Position numbers and translations under genes: made by a program
Notes under the pieces: model-generated
What the model was told of the DNA's origin: nothing
Databases searched by the model: none
Seen by the model: the letters and a program-made list of their open reading frames with translations, nothing else
Part shown: positions 27,318 through 36,192 of the stretch, piece by piece
Layout: each line of letters begins with the position of its first letter
Position numbering within the stretch: the stretch's first letter is position 1
Assembly (NCBI GenBank): GCA_040879165.1
Contig: JBBDKV010000028.1
Location: 1 to 59,895 of the forward strand
DNA: 59,895 nucleotides
DNA from: Patescibacteria group bacterium
Lineage (GTDB): Bacteria > Patescibacteriota > Microgenomatia > UBA1400 > PJMF01
Reading direction: 5' to 3'

Positions 27318-28976
27318 ATGACTGTATGGAATACATGGTTGTTCACATCATTGATCTTGTTGCTTGCCCAATTTCTTTTTGTACCTTCTGCCCATGCTCT
27401 GACCAGTATTTCCAATTGCACCCAACTGCAAAATATGGATCAGAATCTTTCAGAGGATTACGAATTAGCAAATAATATTGATTGCTCAGATACCGTTAAC
27501 TGGAATAGCGGTGCCGGTTTTAATCCTGTCGGAAATAGCTCTACTCAATTTTCTGGAACGTTTAATGGACAAGGGTACGTAATCTCCGATCTTTTTATCA
27601 ATCGAACTAATAGCGCAAATGTTGGTCTTTTTGGCTATACCAACAACGCGGAGATATCTAATGTCGGTATGGAAGATCTTGACATTACGGCTTGGCGGAT
27701 TGTTGGCGGAATCGTCGGACAAAGTTCAAACAGTACAACTATTGATACAGTATACGCACATGGTGAGGTGACAACGGTTGGAGCAACTGACGCTCATATT
27801 GTCGGAGGGATAACCGGATACAATAATGGAGGGACAATCAGCAATTCATATGCTAACGTTGCCGTTACTGCCGCAGGAGTAACTGCAGGAGGGCTTGCTG
27901 GTACGAATGGCGATACTATCAGTAATTCTTATTCTATCGGCAGCGTGAGTGGCAACAGCCCAACGGGTGGGCTTGTTGCCGTCAATAACGATACGGTAAC
28001 TAATAGCTTTTACGATCAAAACACCTCAGGACAAAGTGATACAGGCAAAGGCACACCAAAAACAACAAGTGAGATGAAACAATTGACAACATTCACTGAT
28101 GCAGGATGGGACATGCAAGCTAATGACACAGATAAAAATAGCGGATATCCGTATTTATCCTGGCAGGTGGGTGATAGTTCGCCAGTTTGGTACGCATATG
28201 TTGCGCCAACACCTACCCCCACTCCAACGCCGACGCCAACACCTTCTTCAAACAGTTCTTCTTCGCACTCAGGCACCACTCGCCCACCGTCCTGCCCAGC
28301 GTCATTCAAGCATTGTCCAAACGCAGGGCCACGTGTAGGAAGCCTACAGACACTATCATCGATAGGTAAGACAAACCAAGCTCGCCTTATTCTCACACCC
28401 CCAGCAGGATCTTTGGATTTAGTTGTCAAGATCGACGAAGTTACTTCCTCAGACTTGATGACATCTCCAACACCTGTTCCGTTTCCATGGCAACAGGGCT
28501 ATAACACCGCTAGTGAAATATATCGCATATCGGCAGTATCAGCTTTTAACGGGTATCCAGTTGAGAAGCTTCAATCTCCAGCAATATTACTACTTACTTC
28601 TGATCTGAACCGTTTTCATACTATCCAACCTGATACACTGCGGATCGGTTGGTTTGATGCAGATGCCAGGAGATGGAAACTCATTCAAAATAATACAGTC
28701 ATAGACTCAGAGCGCTCATTGATCGCAAACACAACATCGAATATGGCGTATTATGCCGTCCTGTATCCACGAGAAACAGTGATGGGAATTAATACCCCTG
28801 ACACATCAGACTTAGCAAATACATGTACGACGCATATTGTTCGCAGAGGAGAAACGCTGTGGGATATTGCACTTAATTATTTAGGAAATGGAACTTGGTA
28901 TACCAGGATCATAGAAGACAACAATCTGGTTTCAACAACACTTCAAATTGACGAAAGTCTCAATATTGGATGTTAG
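27318..28976 (+). CDS. Secreted GLUG-repeat protein with Pro/Thr linker and C-terminal LysM domain
   Basis: Signal peptide, ANNIDCSDT..WNSGAGFNPVG, repeated VGGIVG/AGGLAG/TGGLVA GLUG motifs, a (PT)n linker and HIVRRGETLWDIA LysM. Confidence 0.85.
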   Translation: MTVWNTWLFTSLILLLAQFLFVPSAHALTSISNCTQLQNMDQNLSEDYELANNIDCSDTVNWNSGAGFNPVGNSSTQFSGTFNGQGYVISDLFINRTNSANVGLFGYTNNAEISNVGMEDLDITAWRIVGGIVGQSSNSTTIDTVYAHGEVTTVGATDAHIVGGITGYNNGGTISNSYANVAVTAAGVTAGGLAGTNGDTISNSYSIGSVSGNSPTGGLVAVNNDTVTNSFYDQNTSGQSDTGKGTPKTTSEMKQLTTFTDAGWDMQANDTDKNSGYPYLSWQVGDSSPVWYAYVAPTPTPTPTPTPTPSSNSSSSHSGTTRPPSCPASFKHCPNAGPRVGSLQTLSSIGKTNQARLILTPPAGSLDLVVKIDEVTSSDLMTSPTPVPFPWQQGYNTASEIYRISAVSAFNGYPVEKLQSPAILLLTSDLNRFHTIQPDTLRIGWFDADARRWKLIQNNTVIDSERSLIANTTSNMAYYAVLYPRETVMGINTPDTSDLANTCTTHIVRRGETLWDIALNYLGNGTWYTRIIEDNNLVSTTLQIDESLNIGC

Positions 28977-29115
28977 CACGCTATACGACAACCGTGATTG
29001 GTAGTGATGTTTTTCATCGAGGTTGAACCAACTAGTGAACATGCTGAATATAGCAAAGCTGTTTTTGTAATATACCGCGCACTGATTTCCCAGCGTTACA
29101 TTGTATACTACTACT

Positions 29116-29595
29116 ATGACGAATTTTTTCGCCTTGATTACTGTTCTTGGACTGCTGCTCGCGGGCTGTTCTTTACCAGAGGGCAACCAGCAGGAACCAG
29201 TCAGTTCAGTGCTCACTAGCCCAGATTCCGAGACCATCCCCAGAGAAGTAGACAGTCAGGAAGTAGATTTCACTGCTGGTTTCGAAGTGTATACCTTGGG
29301 TACCAAGCGTATATTTACTAATACCATGTACCACAATCTGTCTAGCAATGTGTATATTGAGGCGTCGGATCCGAATGTTGTACATGTAAAGAAAACCGGC
29401 ATTACCTGGGCGGACTTTTTTGAAAGTCTGCCGTTTTCGCTAGAAAAAGACTGCTTAGTTACCGGCACTAACCAAACGTTTTGTACCAATGAAGTTGGGA
29501 CGCTGCGCTTTTTCATTAACGGGAATGAAGACTCAGATGCTCTAGACCGGGTCATACAGCCAAACGATTTTCTCAGGGTTAGTTACCAAAAATAG
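29116..29595 (+). CDS. Exported/lipoprotein-like hypothetical protein
   Basis: LLLAGC lipobox-like signal; TATACT-6nt-ATG start. Confidence 0.7.
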   Translation: MTNFFALITVLGLLLAGCSLPEGNQQEPVSSVLTSPDSETIPREVDSQEVDFTAGFEVYTLGTKRIFTNTMYHNLSSNVYIEASDPNVVHVKKTGITWADFFESLPFSLEKDCLVTGTNQTFCTNEVGTLRFFINGNEDSDALDRVIQPNDFLRVSYQK

Positions 29596-29626
29596 AGTCA
29601 AGAGCCTTCTGTTATAATTTCTGAAA

Positions 29627-29821
29627 ATGAAAAATCCAGAGATTTCAGCTAGAGCAGAAAAGGAAGTTACTGACGAACAGTGGATAGTAGTAGAGCAAGT
29701 CGGTTTCTTTGGTAAGAATCGTGACAGCTTGTACGCTGCTTGGGATGAAAAATATGGGCCTGGCAATTGGAAAATTGGCTGGCAGCTTTCATCAGGAGAA
29801 CAGCTCAATTTTTTGATATAA
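29627..29821 (+). pseudogene. Probable 3'-truncated gene (64 aa)
   Basis: It has its own TATAAT upstream and a protein-like Trp-rich N-terminus that ends abruptly 6 nt before the next gene. Confidence 0.45.
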
Positions 29822-29827
29822 TTACGT

Positions 29828-30670
29828 ATGACTCAAAGGCAATTGCTCATTATATTTGGACTCATTTGCTCAGTAGCTATTGCTATTTATTGGCTTCTGA
29901 ACTCAAATGTTTTAAGTGAGTATTTTAATTACTTACCATTTCTAGATGAGAAGAAAGTAAATAATAGTGCCTCAAAAATTCCTACTGGACGTGGAGTTTT
30001 TATTCCGAAGAAAAATCATCAATCAAATAATTTTAAACATGATGATGAGGAGTTAGAAAAAGAAACCAGTGTTGAAGAGAGCATCAATTACGTTGACTAC
30101 ACAGAACTGAGTTCAAACATTGAAAGAATTAACGAAGAATTTTCACTATATACGCATTTAGCGGGTCAACCTAATCGAGCAAAATATTATCAGAACTATA
30201 CTGTAAAATACCCAAACTCTTGGAAGATACTCACGCATACTAACAATCCAGATTTAGATACCTATGGCACCAACGTACTATTTGAAAAAGAAGGTAATTA
30301 TATTCTCATCAGGCAGCAATTATTTGAAACAACAACATGCTATTTTGATGCTGACAGACAGAAAATGGGCATGAGTGTTTGGTGTAATTATGTTGCTTCA
30401 ATACCTAATGCAGAAAGAGAGTGGAAAATTTATACTATCGATCAATCTGGAGTTAGCCGCGTAGGCTCCTGGATACAGTATGGTATCTGCGATCAAAACA
30501 GCTATGCAGAAGCAATTAGCTCATACGGGGATGAACCCACTGCAGAAGAGAAACAGCTCTGTTCACCTTGGACCCCAGTTGGTGAAATTGATTTGTACAT
30601 GCCTGTATTTGATCAGGAAATATTCAATGAATTCACTGAGATTGTTTCATCTATTTCTGTAGTGAATTAG
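29828..30670 (+). CDS. Membrane-anchored hypothetical protein
   Basis: Single N-terminal TM, an acidic linker and a YTVKYPNSW (PsbP-like) start of a soluble domain with paired Cys. Confidence 0.7.
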   Translation: MTQRQLLIIFGLICSVAIAIYWLLNSNVLSEYFNYLPFLDEKKVNNSASKIPTGRGVFIPKKNHQSNNFKHDDEELEKETSVEESINYVDYTELSSNIERINEEFSLYTHLAGQPNRAKYYQNYTVKYPNSWKILTHTNNPDLDTYGTNVLFEKEGNYILIRQQLFETTTCYFDADRQKMGMSVWCNYVASIPNAEREWKIYTIDQSGVSRVGSWIQYGICDQNSYAEAISSYGDEPTAEEKQLCSPWTPVGEIDLYMPVFDQEIFNEFTEIVSSISVVN

Positions 30671-31142
30671 GAAAATTGTATTTGATTGCACGATACATAA
30701 CCACAAGAATGAATTTCTTGAAGAAACGAAGATTGATCCATATAAATATGGAAGCGAAAGATATGAGTTGATCAAGCCAGCACTGACAAAGGCGGCGGTT
30801 TTGGAAAAAATTGGGTCGCCCGATACTATGATTAACAATTATTTTGATGTTTCTTATTCAGACAATGATGTGACATATTTTTATTGTCATCAACCCTTAT
30901 TGCTTAGAAGCAAAGAGAGTTGTATGGGTTATCGAGTAACACTTGGAGAAGATGAATTGGTAAAGAATATGCAGAAGCGTGGGTTAGATTGTGTACATCT
31001 GCCAAAACTTACCGCTGTCAACCCGATTAACGATCCGGTGTATTATTTCTATTGGTCGTCTGATATGTGGTCTTTACACGTACTGCCATCAGAACATTAT
31101 TCGATTCTACCAACAAATCAATCAGTATTTTCCGTTAACTGA
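30666..31142 (+). pseudogene. 5'-truncated hypothetical gene
   Basis: The frame is open from 30666 with no ATG (IRKIVFDCTIHNHKNEF...) and abuts the previous stop; the track start at 30768 is an internal TTG. Confidence 0.5.
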
Positions 31143-31366
31143 TGCCTAGGTTCGTTTAATGGCGCAGCGATGAATGCAGTCCGCAATAGGGTTGGGCGAT
31201 AATGCGAAAATCAAATTGATGGCCAATCAAAAAAATCACACTAAAGTTAGTAGAACCACAGACAAGTTGTGGAGCAATTCCACACAAATGCCAAAATCTA
31301 TAAACTAATGCAGTTTTTTTTGTGGTAGACTACATCATATTAAGGTACATTAGTTTACAGGAAACT

Positions 31367-31744
31367 ATGAAAAGTTTTTTCTCGTTCTTAGCACTCTTTA
31401 TTTCAGCTGGTTTTTTAATTGCTACTCCAGTTTCTGCATATTGGGTTAATGACTATTATAGAAGTGACGGCACTCATGTAAGTGGTCATTACCGCTCTCG
31501 ACCGAATGCATATACTCACGATAATTATTCCTACACTGGACCGTCTGCTAGCAATGGATACGGCTACAATGATTCTTATTATTCAGGATCAAGCTATTCT
31601 GATGATTGGTATACTCCTTCTTACAATGATAGTGGTTGGGAGTACGAAAATAATTGGAGCGACTCTAATAGTGGTAGATCTAGTTATTATAATTCTTACG
31701 ATTACTCTGGCTACGATAGCATTGAGTACGACTACGGTTGGTAA
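31367..31744 (+). CDS. Small secreted Tyr/Ser/Asp/Asn-rich protein
   Basis: Signal peptide, VNDYYRSDGTHVSGHYRSRPN motif and a low-complexity tail. Confidence 0.7.
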   Translation: MKSFFSFLALFISAGFLIATPVSAYWVNDYYRSDGTHVSGHYRSRPNAYTHDNYSYTGPSASNGYGYNDSYYSGSSYSDDWYTPSYNDSGWEYENNWSDSNSGRSSYYNSYDYSGYDSIEYDYGW

Positions 31745-31791
31745 AGATTTCTAGCCATAGTAAGACTTTTGTATTCAATAAAAAAGAATAT

Positions 31792-31980
31792 ATGCAATGT
31801 CCACAGTGCAAAGTAGAAATGGATACAGGCGGATTGATGCATGATGGTAATAAATGGTTCAACGAAGGACATTTTGTTAAGGTGAAAAGAATGTCATTTG
31901 GAGGCAAGGCAGTATATGCATTTAGATGCCCCCAATGTGGCAAAGTCGAACTGACAACCGACATTAAAGCCGGCACCTAA
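31792..31980 (+). CDS. Small zinc-ribbon protein
   Basis: CPQC...CPQCGKVEL. Confidence 0.75.
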   Translation: MQCPQCKVEMDTGGLMHDGNKWFNEGHFVKVKRMSFGGKAVYAFRCPQCGKVELTTDIKAGT

Positions 31981-32089
31981 TATTCCTGATAGCGGGAGAA
32001 CAACTCAAAGATACTTACAATTCTATTCATTTTCAATACTTTTCTGATCCGCCAATAATAAACTTTAGACTTCCTGATATAATCTCCTC

Positions 32090-33049
32090 ATGTCGATCCT
32101 AACAACTCCCAAGCCTTTTGACTCTGGCTTTCTGCCAGAGAAAGATGGACACAAGGTTAGCTATGCCCAATATGGAAATAGAGATGGCGTAAAGATAGTT
32201 TCATTACACGGCGGACCTGGTTCAAAGTCCAAGCCGCAACATGCTGCAAGTTTTAATCTAAAAGAATGTCATCTTGTCACGTTTGATCAAAGAGGTTGTG
32301 GTAAAAGTGAGCCACTGGGAAAACTTGAGAATAATACTACACCAGACTTAATTGACGATATTGAACGATTGAGAAAACACTTAAAAATAAAAGATTGGTT
32401 TGTGACCGGTGCGAGTTGGGGGTCAACTTTAGCTTTGGCATATGCACAAGGTCATCCTGATAAGGTCAAGGGACTTTTGCTCAGTTCAATTTTCCTAGCT
32501 AGAAAGAAAGATATTCGTTGGTCATTCTATGATGCCATTGGAGTAACTCGATTGTTTCCAGATTTATTTGAGCACCATCAGCGCTTTTTAGCTCGACACG
32601 GTATTCAAAAAACCCAGCAAGCCGAGCAATTACTGAATCTGGTTCAAGATTCAGAAGGTGAAAAGCAGCAGGAGTTAATTGCAGAGCTAATGAGTTGGGA
32701 AGGAAATTTAATGACTTCGCAAAAAGAAGTAGGTTTGGTAGAGGCAGAGAGCGTAACAGAGGAAGATATTGCCTCAATTTCGACATTTCTTCACTATGAT
32801 TCCAATGACTGCTTTCTTGAAGATAATCAACTGCTGAATGGCATGGAAGCAATTACTCACATTCCCGCTGTACTTGTTCATGGCAGGCACGATATTTTAT
32901 GTCCACTAGACGGACTATGGGAGTTACAAAAAAAGTTTGACCAAGTTAGAACAGTAATTCTACCTGTCAGCAATCACAAGCTTACCACAGAGGGCACTAT
33001 AGCCATGAGATTAGCCTATGAATTATTTTTAACTGAGTGGAAGCAATAA
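32090..33049 (+). CDS. pip: Proline iminopeptidase (alpha/beta hydrolase)
   Basis: LHGGPGS, FDQRGCGKS, GASWGSTLALAYA nucleophile elbow and HGRHDILCP. Confidence 0.88.
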   Translation: MSILTTPKPFDSGFLPEKDGHKVSYAQYGNRDGVKIVSLHGGPGSKSKPQHAASFNLKECHLVTFDQRGCGKSEPLGKLENNTTPDLIDDIERLRKHLKIKDWFVTGASWGSTLALAYAQGHPDKVKGLLLSSIFLARKKDIRWSFYDAIGVTRLFPDLFEHHQRFLARHGIQKTQQAEQLLNLVQDSEGEKQQELIAELMSWEGNLMTSQKEVGLVEAESVTEEDIASISTFLHYDSNDCFLEDNQLLNGMEAITHIPAVLVHGRHDILCPLDGLWELQKKFDQVRTVILPVSNHKLTTEGTIAMRLAYELFLTEWKQ

Positions 33050-33096
33050 GTAGATAGTAAGTAGTGAAGCTCAAACCCATTTGCTATACTCACACT

Positions 33097-33507
33097 ATGA
33101 AGGTTTTGTTTCTCTGCACTCACAATTCTGCTCGTTCGCAAATGGCTGAAGGTTTACTCAGATATCTGGGTGGTAGCAAGTTTGAGGTTTTTTCTGCTGG
33201 TACTGAGCAAACATTTGTCAGACCTGAAGCGGTGCAAGTCATGAAAGAAATTGGTATCGATATTTCTGCTCAGACATCAAAAACACTCGACACATATCTC
33301 GATCAACAATTTGACACGGTCATTACCGTTTGTGAACAAGCTACTGAAAGTTGTCCAGTATTCCCAAATGTTAAGCAGCGAATACATTGGAGTTTCCCCG
33401 ACCCTTCTAAGGCGAAAGGGAATCCAGAAAAAATTCTGTCAGTATATCGCGAAGTCAGAGATTTGATGAGGGAAAGGATTGAAAGAGAGCTGCTTAGTGT
33501 TGATTGA
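33097..33507 (+). CDS. arsC: Thioredoxin-coupled arsenate reductase (LMW-PTP fold)
   Basis: FLCTHNSARSQMAEG, ITVC..A.ESCP and HWSFPDP; TATACT-6nt-ATG start. Confidence 0.88.
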   Translation: MKVLFLCTHNSARSQMAEGLLRYLGGSKFEVFSAGTEQTFVRPEAVQVMKEIGIDISAQTSKTLDTYLDQQFDTVITVCEQATESCPVFPNVKQRIHWSFPDPSKAKGNPEKILSVYREVRDLMRERIERELLSVD

Positions 33508-33605
33508 GTTTAATTCAATCATGACTACATTATGAATTATTGATCTAAGACGTGAAGTTGTATTAACCTGTGAACTTCGCGTTGGCAAAAGAACCGTGTA
33601 ATTAT

Positions 33606-33656
33606 TACATACGTAAGTAATTTGCTATGTAATACTTTACATTTTTTACATAGTTG
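33606..33656 (+). repeat. 51-bp direct repeat copy A (Fic promoter/operator region)
   Basis: 42/51 identical to 36066-36116. It contains the inverted repeat CTATGTAA-13nt-TTACATAG and several TTACAT boxes. Confidence 0.75.
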
Positions 33657-33672
33657 TTATACTAACAGGTGA

Positions 33673-34758
33673 ATGATTGACAAAACTTTACCGTATAACC
33701 AACTTCCAAAACTACCGCCTCAAGCAGACCTTGATGATCCACAAATTCTCAAAAAAGTCGTTACCGCTAATAAAGCAATTTCTCAACTTAATGGTTTAAT
33801 CAGATCACTAGAAAATCCAGAAATCATACTTGAACCACTCAAAGTGAAAGAGGCTGTTGAAAGTTCGGGCATTGAAAATATTAACACCACTATTTCCGAA
33901 GCGCTACAAGCAGAACTTTTCTCTTCAGAGAAGCTAAGTCCAGAGCAAAAAGAGACTAAAAATTATAAAAAGGCTTTGCTCTTGGGTTTTGATCAGGTCA
34001 AAAAAAGAAATTTTTTGACCACGAACGATTTCATTAAAATTCAAAAAGAGCTCGGATTGCAACAACCTGGCATTCGAAATTTTCCTGGTACAAGAATAGG
34101 CAATCGACAAACAGGTGAGGTGTACTATACACCCCCAGAGGGAGAAAAACTTATCAGAAATCTTCTTAAAAATTTTGAAGAATATTACAACGATCAATTA
34201 AACGATCCCGATTACCTGATTAAAATGGCTGTGCTTCATTATCAATTTGAAGCCATACACCCCTTTTTTGATGGTAATGGCAGAACAGGGAGGATTTTAA
34301 TGGTTTTGCATCTCGTGGTTCATGGTTGTTTGATATCCCCGACACTATTCATTAGTAGATACATCAACCAAAATAGAAGTGAATACTACAGACTCCTTAG
34401 AGAAGTCACATACGAGGATAATTGGAAAGAGTGGGTTTTGTTTATTCTCAATGCTGCAGAAACGCAGGCAACAGATACTAATAATTCTATATTAAAGATT
34501 TTGAAACTGAGAGAATGGTTCAAAAATGAAGTTTTGCCAAAGTTTAACTTCACCTACTCACAAGAACTGTTGTCATATATATTTTCAAATGCTTTCTATA
34601 CTCAGAACAAACTTATGGAATCTACTCAAATTAAAAGCAATAAAACAGCTTTAGAATACATGAATGGATTAGAGGATGAAAATATTTTGAAAACAACAGA
34701 AAGTAAAACAAAAGAAAAAGTGTATTACTTTGATAAGTTTTTAAAACTACTGGAGTAA
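33673..34758 (+). CDS. Fic family protein
   Basis: HYQFEAIHPFFDGNGRTGR and SSGIEN autoinhibitory motif. Confidence 0.93.
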   Translation: MIDKTLPYNQLPKLPPQADLDDPQILKKVVTANKAISQLNGLIRSLENPEIILEPLKVKEAVESSGIENINTTISEALQAELFSSEKLSPEQKETKNYKKALLLGFDQVKKRNFLTTNDFIKIQKELGLQQPGIRNFPGTRIGNRQTGEVYYTPPEGEKLIRNLLKNFEEYYNDQLNDPDYLIKMAVLHYQFEAIHPFFDGNGRTGRILMVLHLVVHGCLISPTLFISRYINQNRSEYYRLLREVTYEDNWKEWVLFILNAAETQATDTNNSILKILKLREWFKNEVLPKFNFTYSQELLSYIFSNAFYTQNKLMESTQIKSNKTALEYMNGLEDENILKTTESKTKEKVYYFDKFLKLLE

Positions 34759-34816
34759 GTGACTGCATGATGGCATAATGAAACTAGTAAAAACTAATAG
34801 CAGAAGAGGAAAGCAT

Positions 34817-35014
34817 ATGCAAACAAAAGCGACCATTACCTGCCCTAAATGTGGCTGCCAAAAAAAAGAAGACATGCCTACAAATGCTTGTCAGCATTTT
34901 TACACTTGCGAAAATTGCGGCGAAACGCTTAAGCCTATAAAAGGCGAGTGCTGCGTTTTCTGTTCTTATGCTGATTCTCAGTGTCCGCCTCAGCAACTTG
35001 AAGCAACTAAGTAG
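34817..35014 (+). CDS. GDCCVxC-domain small Cys-rich protein
   Basis: ITCPKC..MPTNACQHFYTCENC..LKP..GECCVFCSY..CPP; SD GAGGA. Confidence 0.85.
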   Translation: MQTKATITCPKCGCQKKEDMPTNACQHFYTCENCGETLKPIKGECCVFCSYADSQCPPQQLEATK

Positions 35015-35095
35015 CGTGATGGGCTTGGGCTTTATCTAGTGTCAAAAACTTTGCCGTAGGTTATGATAATTCAGGCAAACATTATTCTTAATAGC

Positions 35096-35725
35096 TTATA
35101 TTTCTTTAAATAGCTGTTTTGTCTCTATCTCAAAGTACGTTTTTACTTGTTCCCAAGTTTTATCTACAATTTGCGCGCGTTCAGGTAGTTTTTCCGCATC
35201 CTCAAAATACACTAAAGATTTTAGCAAGTGAGGAACATCGCTCGCTTGACGCTGATATTTTTTAATAGTCAACTTTAGCACTTGGCTCAAATTCCAAGCA
35301 TCAAGTTGGCAAATAGTATACAAATCAAAGAAATCGCGCTTGAGTCCCCTGTTACTAATTGCCTCTAGCTTCATGCATGCTAAATCAGCCAGCGATGCAA
35401 TGGGTAGGTCATTAAAATGTGTAGTGTTTTCTAATAGCGGATATTGATAGTAGAACAAGCTAATTTCGGTATCTTTACTTCCTCCCAGGATTGTTTGCCA
35501 GCCTGTTGAAACTAGCCTAAACTCTGGTACACTTTTTTCTAGACGAACGACCATGGTTGGGACAGTAAACTCATTTGGAGAATATAAATCAAGATCATAT
35601 GAAGTTCGGTGATTGAGATGCAGCGCTAAAGCAGTACCTCCTGCGAGATATGTTTTTTCAGGGAGCACTGGACTTAATATGCCCATGAGCTGCTGAGTCC
35701 AGCTGGGGATTTGGTCTGTAAACAT
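35096..35725 (-). CDS. AbiEii/AbiGii-family nucleotidyltransferase toxin (type IV TA-like)
   Basis: YLAGGTALAL...HRTSYDLD and KLEAISNRGLKRDFFDLY. Confidence 0.88.
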   Translation of the reverse strand: MFTDQIPSWTQQLMGILSPVLPEKTYLAGGTALALHLNHRTSYDLDLYSPNEFTVPTMVVRLEKSVPEFRLVSTGWQTILGGSKDTEISLFYYQYPLLENTTHFNDLPIASLADLACMKLEAISNRGLKRDFFDLYTICQLDAWNLSQVLKLTIKKYQRQASDVPHLLKSLVYFEDAEKLPERAQIVDKTWEQVKTYFEIETKQLFKEI

Positions 35726-35976
35726 GCAATATCCTTATGCGGTATGTCAAGTACTAGTGACCACAACATCACATCTTTTTTACGCAGATTTTGGGATGAT
35801 TTAACGACTGCGCCAATGTCTGCAGCGGAATATGTTTTTCGTAACCACTGCCAGGCTTCGAGTGTGGCATTCTTGAGCAGTGACTCGATTATGAAGTTTT
35901 GATCCTTGTCAATACGAAGCTCACTCACTTGAGAAGAAGGAAATAAAAATTGGAATTGCCGAGGAATGTTTGACAT
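35674..35976 (-). CDS. Putative cognate antitoxin (DUF6922-like)
   Basis: Small gene overlapping the toxin start (FLFPS...NFIIESLL..WQWLRKTYS); TATAAT-6nt-ATG start. Confidence 0.7.
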   Translation of the reverse strand: MSNIPRQFQFLFPSSQVSELRIDKDQNFIIESLLKNATLEAWQWLRKTYSAADIGAVVKSSQNLRKKDVMLWSLVLDIPHKDIACLQTKSPAGLSSSWAY

Positions 35977-36065
35977 GGATATATTATACAAAATTGCAGC
36001 GAATTGTTCCATACTACTTACATTGTTTAATGTGTAAAAAATGAGATGGAAATAACTGTAAACAC

Positions 36066-36116
36066 TACATACATACGCAATTTGTTATGTACTTCTTTGC
36101 AATTTTTACATAGCTG
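36066..36116 (+). repeat. 51-bp direct repeat copy B
   Basis: 42/51 identical to 33606-33656 and 2460 bp downstream of it. Confidence 0.75.
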
Positions 36117-36192
36117 CTTGTTGTCAAGTTATAGACTGACTCAAATTTTAGCGCAGGACTTGATAATCCATGAAGCTCTGAGATAATTCGAA

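Noticed and set aside
28204-28245. Tandem CCAACN-like DNA repeat
   Set aside because: It simply encodes the (PT)n linker and is degenerate at third positions.
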